Position numbers and translations under genes: made by a program
Shown here: positions 58,730 through 64,000 of the stretch, one piece after another
Layout of the letters: each line of letters opens with the position of its first letter
How positions within the stretch are numbered: position 1 is the first letter of the stretch
From: Candidatus Omnitrophota bacterium
GTDB taxonomy: Bacteria > Omnitrophota > Omnitrophia > Omnitrophales > JACROU01
Direction of reading: 5' to 3'
NCBI GenBank assembly: GCA_029261035.1
Contig: JAJDCD010000008.1
Location: 98,313-162,312 of the forward strand
DNA: 64,000 bases
Notes under the pieces: generated by a model
What the model saw: the letters and a program-made list of their open reading frames with translations, nothing else
The model's database searches: none
Told to the model about the DNA's origin: nothing

Positions 58730-60460
58730 TTAACCTTTTAAACGAGTTACAAACATTCTCGACTCATTTATAAGTTTACCTGCTCTAGTTTTTATATGCA
58801 AACGCTCATATAAATAGAATAGAGACAGTATTATTTCCATCGTTACTATAATCCAAAGAGTTCCTGAGTGATACCCCTCAAAATGATAAAAGGATACTAT
58901 TTCAGTTAAAAATTGATGGGTATAAGCCCAATAAAGCGCTACCATTAAAAAAGATATCGAATTAAAAACCAAAAAATCCTCATCTCGAACCCACCCCCAT
59001 TTGCGTGAAGTTATCAACATCTGCAAAGTTAAAAGAACCGAAACACCCAACATTTCTCTAGGTGTCCACAACCAAAACACACCCATAACTTTTGATTGAT
59101 AACAGGCACCAAAAAATACACTCATTAGCAAAAGAAAAAAGCCGAGTTGAATATAAGTCTTTAAAAATAAAAGAATAGTTTTCACGAAATACTGATTTTT
59201 ATTTGATGCCCAAAAATATACTAAAGCAATATGAGATAACACAAAACATAAACTCAGTATTGAAAATCCTGCTAAGAGACTCATCAAATAAGAAAAAAAC
59301 CAATAGGAATGAAAGTGATGAAGATTAAAAGCTTCAATATATGGGTTTAATTTAACAAACTCCATATCAATTAAAAAAAACAAAATAAACCCTATTATAG
59401 AAGCGCTTAAAACGTACAATGTCCTATTAAATGCCTTACGAGTTAATATAATAATTAAAGCAATACTTCCCGGAACCCAAAGCATCAACTCATAGCCGTT
59501 CGTAACAGGAAGAACTCCCCTCAAATACCACCTCCAAGCGAATAAAGACAGTGTTAAAATAAAAAGAAGTGAAAAACCCACTCTACCCAGGGTCAAACAC
59601 CCCTTATTTTTAGTAAGAAGATAAGCGCTAAATACGGCAATTAAAAAAAGATTGAAAATCCAAAATATTCTCAAAAATCGTATCTGATGATAATTTGCAT
59701 TCCATCGACTCTTCACATAAGGAAGTTCAGTATTAGATAAAAGAGCAACATCCTTCTGTAATTGAATAAGCAAATTTGAAAAACGAGAAACAGCCTCCCC
59801 CTCTCCTCTTCTAAAAGACTGTAGTAGCTCTCCAAAAATCATTAAAAATTCATATCGTATATTTTCAGGCAATTCAGGATCTAAAGTATGTCCTGGCAAT
59901 AAATCAGTAATAGATAACCATTCATTTTTGTTTTTTTGAGTAAATGGAACAATGGACATAGATGTATTTTGAGCAATCCCATAAAACAACCTCAATTGCT
60001 CATAAAGATTCAGCACTGCCTTTTCTGATTTATTTAGAACAACACCTTCATCCTGACGCTTTAAAACTTCTTTATAATAATGTTGGTACATCTCGTTATG
60101 AGCAAGCTCCAAAGGTGAAAAGAGTTTTTCTTTAGCACTTGATTGTAATATCTTCTTTAAGGAGTCATTCTGAATAGAAATAATCTTCTTATTTTCATAC
60201 TTTTTAGGTTCAAGAATCCAAGAAACACATTTTTGAACTGCTTCAATAGAAGAAACATGAATCTCACCTTCAATAAAAAACAAAGCCTCCTTTAGGAATA
60301 CAGTTAAAGGTTTTAGCTCTGATCCATCTTGAATAATAATTTTTTTTAGATTTTTAATATCATTTTTTTCAACAAGGGCATATGATTCACTTACGAAAGA
60401 TGTGATGAGAAGCAAATTGAAGAACGTAAGAAAAAAGGATCTCACAAGAATCTTGTTCAA
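58730..60460 (-). CDS. CcsA/ResC-like cytochrome c biogenesis membrane protein, degenerate
   Basis: QDGSELKPL, RW...G.LPVTNGYE, WWD-like GACYQSKVMGVFWLWTPRE, GYHS; TTG start overlapping the upstream stop. Confidence 0.75.
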   Translation of the reverse strand: MNKILVRSFFLTFFNLLLITSFVSESYALVEKNDIKNLKKIIIQDGSELKPLTVFLKEALFFIEGEIHVSSIEAVQKCVSWILEPKKYENKKIISIQNDSLKKILQSSAKEKLFSPLELAHNEMYQHYYKEVLKRQDEGVVLNKSEKAVLNLYEQLRLFYGIAQNTSMSIVPFTQKNKNEWLSITDLLPGHTLDPELPENIRYEFLMIFGELLQSFRRGEGEAVSRFSNLLIQLQKDVALLSNTELPYVKSRWNANYHQIRFLRIFWIFNLFLIAVFSAYLLTKNKGCLTLGRVGFSLLFILTLSLFAWRWYLRGVLPVTNGYELMLWVPGSIALIIILTRKAFNRTLYVLSASIIGFILFFLIDMEFVKLNPYIEAFNLHHFHSYWFFSYLMSLLAGFSILSLCFVLSHIALVYFWASNKNQYFVKTILLFLKTYIQLGFFLLLMSVFFGACYQSKVMGVFWLWTPREMLGVSVLLTLQMLITSRKWGWVRDEDFLVFNSISFLMVALYWAYTHQFLTEIVSFYHFEGYHSGTLWIIVTMEIILSLFYLYERLHIKTRAGKLINESRMFVTRLKG

Positions 60461-61947
60461 AGCAAAAACTCTTCTTTTTTTTCAATTTGAATTTCAGTTT
60501 GAGTTGAGCTATTTGATCGCAGGACAAAAGATGTCGTACGTCTCTTTTTGAGATCTCTAGACTCCCAATAAGGCAAGAAATAAACTTGAAGAAAAACACC
60601 TAAGAGGATACAAAATCCTCCCACTAATTTCACATATAACAAAGGGTCTTTCTTAACGGATAAAAACAACTCATTATTTTCTGAAGGAATCAGAGATAAA
60701 TGAAACCCTCTATGCCAAAATGGTAATTGAAATAAACTTTTCTTGCCTGCATCAGTTTGACTCAATTGGATAATAGGAAACAAAACTTCAGATTGTTTTT
60801 CTAAAGTCGCTCCTATTTCAAATGGAAGGTCTTTTTTACGATGAAAATACTCTAATTTAATTTTCTGGCCAAAAACAGAAAGGTTCTTTACTCTATTCAA
60901 TTGAACCCAAACATTTTGCCTCGTCTTACCTTGAGTAAACTCCAAGAGAAGAGCTTCTTCTATTTTCTGTCCAAAAGGCACAAACTCATTTCGTGTAACA
61001 TAATTTTCTTTCACCCTAATATTGTCATTCACATCATCAATTGAAAATTTCACGTCTTTCCACCCCGTCCTATATTCTTTTTCTAAAAAAATAGGCCCAG
61101 ACTGAGTGAACACCCCATCAACCATCAGACGATAAAACAAATTGCCTTCTGGTGAAAATACGATCCACAAAGCATTTGAATGGTTTTGAAACAACTCATC
61201 CTTTCTATCTCTTAAAAAATACGTCAACTCATCCTTGGTTTGAGCTGTAAGTAAATAAATTTTAGCAAAATCTGAAGAAAAAACTTTATCCACCATCCCT
61301 CCAAAAGACACCCAATCATTAAACTCACCTTCAGCACTAAACAAATGGAGCAAAATCCCAGAATCCCCATCATCAACCCCAACAGCAACATTTTTTTCAA
61401 GAACTGCATTTGGAACGATTTTTTTTATTTTAACTTTTAATTTCTCACCTGAATTCAAACGAAGGTTTTCAACTTTATTTAACTTGGAATTTAGAAGAAA
61501 AGTTTGTTCTTCTGAATTAACTTGGACTTTAAGCTCTTTTTCATCTAACAAAACCTCTTTGACAGTCTCCCCGGGTCTAAGGGCAACCCTACCTTCATAC
61601 GCCATGTAATGAGAAGCAAATAAAGCAATGACAATATAAGCAAAACCTAATTGAAAAATCCAATAGCCTGAGGTTCTAAGTGATAAAGGAAATCGAGATC
61701 TTAATAGAATAATACCTTGAAGAAATAAAACAGCTGTTATGATGAGAAACAATGATTTTGGTACAGAAAAGAAACTTGCTGAAATTAACAAAAGACACAA
61801 ACAGCCCCATAAAACAAATGTCGTACCCAAGGAGCATGCCAGGTTTTTGAATAGAAATAGAAAAACTTGATTTAAGTTTATCCGAGGCTTTTTATTCCAC
61901 ATAGAGAATAAATAAGCGTGTAAATTATGATAAATCTTTTTCATCAT
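60457..61947 (-). CDS. ResB/CcsB-like protein, degenerate
   Basis: N-terminal TMs, YEG.V.L.PGE, large periplasmic domain, LPFEI, LSVKKDP plus final TM; paired with ccsA-like gene. Confidence 0.68.
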   Translation of the reverse strand: MMKKIYHNLHAYLFSMWNKKPRINLNQVFLFLFKNLACSLGTTFVLWGCLCLLLISASFFSVPKSLFLIITAVLFLQGIILLRSRFPLSLRTSGYWIFQLGFAYIVIALFASHYMAYEGRVALRPGETVKEVLLDEKELKVQVNSEEQTFLLNSKLNKVENLRLNSGEKLKVKIKKIVPNAVLEKNVAVGVDDGDSGILLHLFSAEGEFNDWVSFGGMVDKVFSSDFAKIYLLTAQTKDELTYFLRDRKDELFQNHSNALWIVFSPEGNLFYRLMVDGVFTQSGPIFLEKEYRTGWKDVKFSIDDVNDNIRVKENYVTRNEFVPFGQKIEEALLLEFTQGKTRQNVWVQLNRVKNLSVFGQKIKLEYFHRKKDLPFEIGATLEKQSEVLFPIIQLSQTDAGKKSLFQLPFWHRGFHLSLIPSENNELFLSVKKDPLLYVKLVGGFCILLGVFLQVYFLPYWESRDLKKRRTTSFVLRSNSSTQTEIQIEKKEEFLL

Positions 61948-61974
61948 AATAAAATCTCGAAATGAAAAGAATGA

Positions 61975-62910
61975 TTAAGAAACAGAAATTGGTGTTTGAA
62001 CTTCAGCTTTTGACTCTAACCAACCAACATAGTCTTTAACAGCTTCTTTAAAATTATATTTAGATTTAAATCCAAGAATTTTATTCGAAGATGCCATTTC
62101 AGCACGTGTATCATTTTGGTAGAAAGCATATGGGTTATCAAAGTATTCAGGCTCAAACTTGGTTCCCAAACCTTCATTAAGAGCTTCAATCAACTCGTTA
62201 AATGAAGTACCTCGCCCTGTCCCCACATTAAAAACCCCACTTCTTTTAGCTTCTAAAGCTGCTAAATTTGCACGCACAACATCTTTCACATAAATATGAT
62301 CTCTTTTTTGTTCTCCAAATTTAAAAATCCTAGGATTTTTACCTTCTTTCATCTGAAGATAAAGTTGGTAGATCATACTTGCTGCTTTTTCCTTGTGCTG
62401 TTCATGCGGACCAAAAACATTAAAATACCGTAGCCCAACAATCACATTAGGATATAACTTCATAACATCATAAACAAATTGATCCATTAAATATTTAGAA
62501 AATGCATATGGATTTAAAGGATTTAACCCCTTATCTTCTACCTGAGGAGATTCACTATTACCATACACCCCTGCACTAGAAGCATAAACCAAACGTGCTT
62601 TATGTTTTAAACCAAATTCCAATATACGATGAAAACCTTCAAAATTCTCTTGGATCATAAATTTTTGATCCATAATTGTAGTATCGGTAATCGCTGCTTC
62701 ATGGAAAATTACATTAGGCTTAGGAACACGGCTATCGAAATCTACATCCAATACAGACTCAGCAATAACCTCGCCCTTAAAACCTATTAAATTCTTAAAA
62801 GTCCCTGTAGAAAAGTTATCAATAATAGTAACTTTAAAGCCTAAACGTTCTAATTCTAATGCGATCTGAGAACCTATAAATCCAGCTCCCCCTGTTACTA
62901 ATGCTCTCAT
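61975..62910 (-). CDS. rfaD: ADP-L-glycero-D-manno-heptose 6-epimerase
   Basis: VTGGAGFIGS, H.AAITDTT, YASSAGVYG, PLNPYAFSK, LRYFNVFGPHEQHK..AASM. Confidence 0.9.
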   Translation of the reverse strand: MRALVTGGAGFIGSQIALELERLGFKVTIIDNFSTGTFKNLIGFKGEVIAESVLDVDFDSRVPKPNVIFHEAAITDTTIMDQKFMIQENFEGFHRILEFGLKHKARLVYASSAGVYGNSESPQVEDKGLNPLNPYAFSKYLMDQFVYDVMKLYPNVIVGLRYFNVFGPHEQHKEKAASMIYQLYLQMKEGKNPRIFKFGEQKRDHIYVKDVVRANLAALEAKRSGVFNVGTGRGTSFNELIEALNEGLGTKFEPEYFDNPYAFYQNDTRAEMASSNKILGFKSKYNFKEAVKDYVGWLESKAEVQTPISVS

Positions 62911-62992
62911 AGAAGTATCTCCTTCTTAATTCATGAAATTTGGGCACATTTTACCTGATTATACTCAAAAACTAAAGAGATTAAATAGTCCT

Positions 62993-64000
62993 TTATTTCA
63001 ACTTCTTCCTTTTCATAAATCCTTGAAAAGAAAGAAGAAATGCTAATACAGGAAACAAAAAGCCAAGTTTGAGGTAAAAAGTCTCTGTCGTCGAAACAGG
63101 AATAGGCCTGGTAATTCCCCCTGTCACAAAGATATCCGTACCTGATTTATCCTTAATCTGATCAACCACTATTCCCTTAGGCGATATTAGGGCAGAAACA
63201 CCGGTATTTGCAGAGTGAATAACCCACCGCCCTGTCTCCACTGCCCTTAAAATTGAAGGCTGCAAATGCTGATATGGAGCTGAACTCTTCTTAAACCAGG
63301 CATCATTCGTAATAACAACAATAATTTGAGCTCCCAACCATGCCAGATCTCTTGAAAAAGATGGGAATACATTTTCAAAACAAATAAGAGGACCCACTTT
63401 CACTTTGTTGGCAGACTTATCATTACTAGAATCTAAACCATTCCCTAGAGGAATTTCAAATGTTTTCAACTCGCTTCCACTCGAAAAATCGCTAACCCCT
63501 AATTGATATGCCAAACTTTCTAAAGGAAACAATAAAAAACGAAAGGGTAAATACTCACCAAATGGAACAAGAGCCATTTTGTCATATCTATTCAAAATAG
63601 AACCCTCTCTACCAATATAGTAAGCGCTATTGTAGTAATCTGTCTCGCTTTCTTGAGTCAAAGCACCAACAAGAAAAGGAACATTAATTTGAGTGATCTC
63701 TTCTAGAAAGGTGGGGCTTCTTTCTAAATTTAAATATCCAGGATAAGCTGCCTCTGGCCATATGATTAGATCAGGCCCATCAAAAGCAGCTAACTCCGAT
63801 AATTTTAAATGTTTTTCAATAATAATATTTTTTAATCGACGATCCCATTTTGACTCTTGTGGAATATTCCCTTGAATAAGAGCCACCCGAAAAATGGGTC
63901 CTCTGAGCTCTTTCATGATTTGAGCTTTACCAGATTGGAAAGAGAAAAATAAGAGAACAACAGTAACTAAACTTAAGAACCCCACAATAACAAATCTATG
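62993..64000 (-). CDS. lnt: Apolipoprotein N-acyltransferase, 5' part outside the window
   Basis: IQGNI, IWPE, YYNS, K..LVPFGEY, LICFE, TNDAWF, ANTGVS. Confidence 0.96.
   Translation of the reverse strand, partial: HRFVIVGFLSLVTVVLLFFSFQSGKAQIMKELRGPIFRVALIQGNIPQESKWDRRLKNIIIEKHLKLSELAAFDGPDLIIWPEAAYPGYLNLERSPTFLEEITQINVPFLVGALTQESETDYYNSAYYIGREGSILNRYDKMALVPFGEYLPFRFLLFPLESLAYQLGVSDFSSGSELKTFEIPLGNGLDSSNDKSANKVKVGPLICFENVFPSFSRDLAWLGAQIIVVITNDAWFKKSSAPYQHLQPSILRAVETGRWVIHSANTGVSALISPKGIVVDQIKDKSGTDIFVTGGITRPIPVSTTETFYLKLGFLFPVLAFLLSFQGFMKRKKLK

Noticed and set aside
1-64000. CRISPR arrays, tRNA/rRNA genes, transposases, integrases, prophage genes
   Set aside because: No regularly spaced repeats, cloverleafs or mobile-element motifs were seen by eye.

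Overview
AT-rich bacterial chromosome segment in which every credible gene lies on the minus strand. A PVC-signature small basic protein, a Verrucomicrobia/Planctomycetes-type conserved protein, lnt/rfaD and a full mur cluster point to a diderm PVC-superphylum organism, probably Omnitrophota (inference). Most content is housekeeping: yajQ, lepA/lepB, rpe, trpBA, batDE, peptidases, an NSS transporter, mazG, pcrA, glycine cleavage, a partial dcw cluster (murE to ftsA, without ftsI or ftsZ), amn, exbBD/tonB-like, HD-GYP, dgt, degenerate ccsA/resB, rfaD and lnt. The standout is a free-standing 2585-aa ORF (19319-27076) that reads like a bacterial polyprotein. It has an N-terminal TraB/Tiki/EreA-like putative metallohydrolase domain, then modules delimited by a recurring A-x-S-L-G motif. 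Two of these modules start with their own internal export signal: a Sec/SPase I signal before a membrane-anchored tandem membrane-fusion-protein module, and a lipoprotein signal (LTSC) before a TolC-like module. Also found: two unannotated small membrane ORFs and a structured intergenic region upstream of the gcvT promoter. All family calls come from reading motifs by eye; no searches were run.
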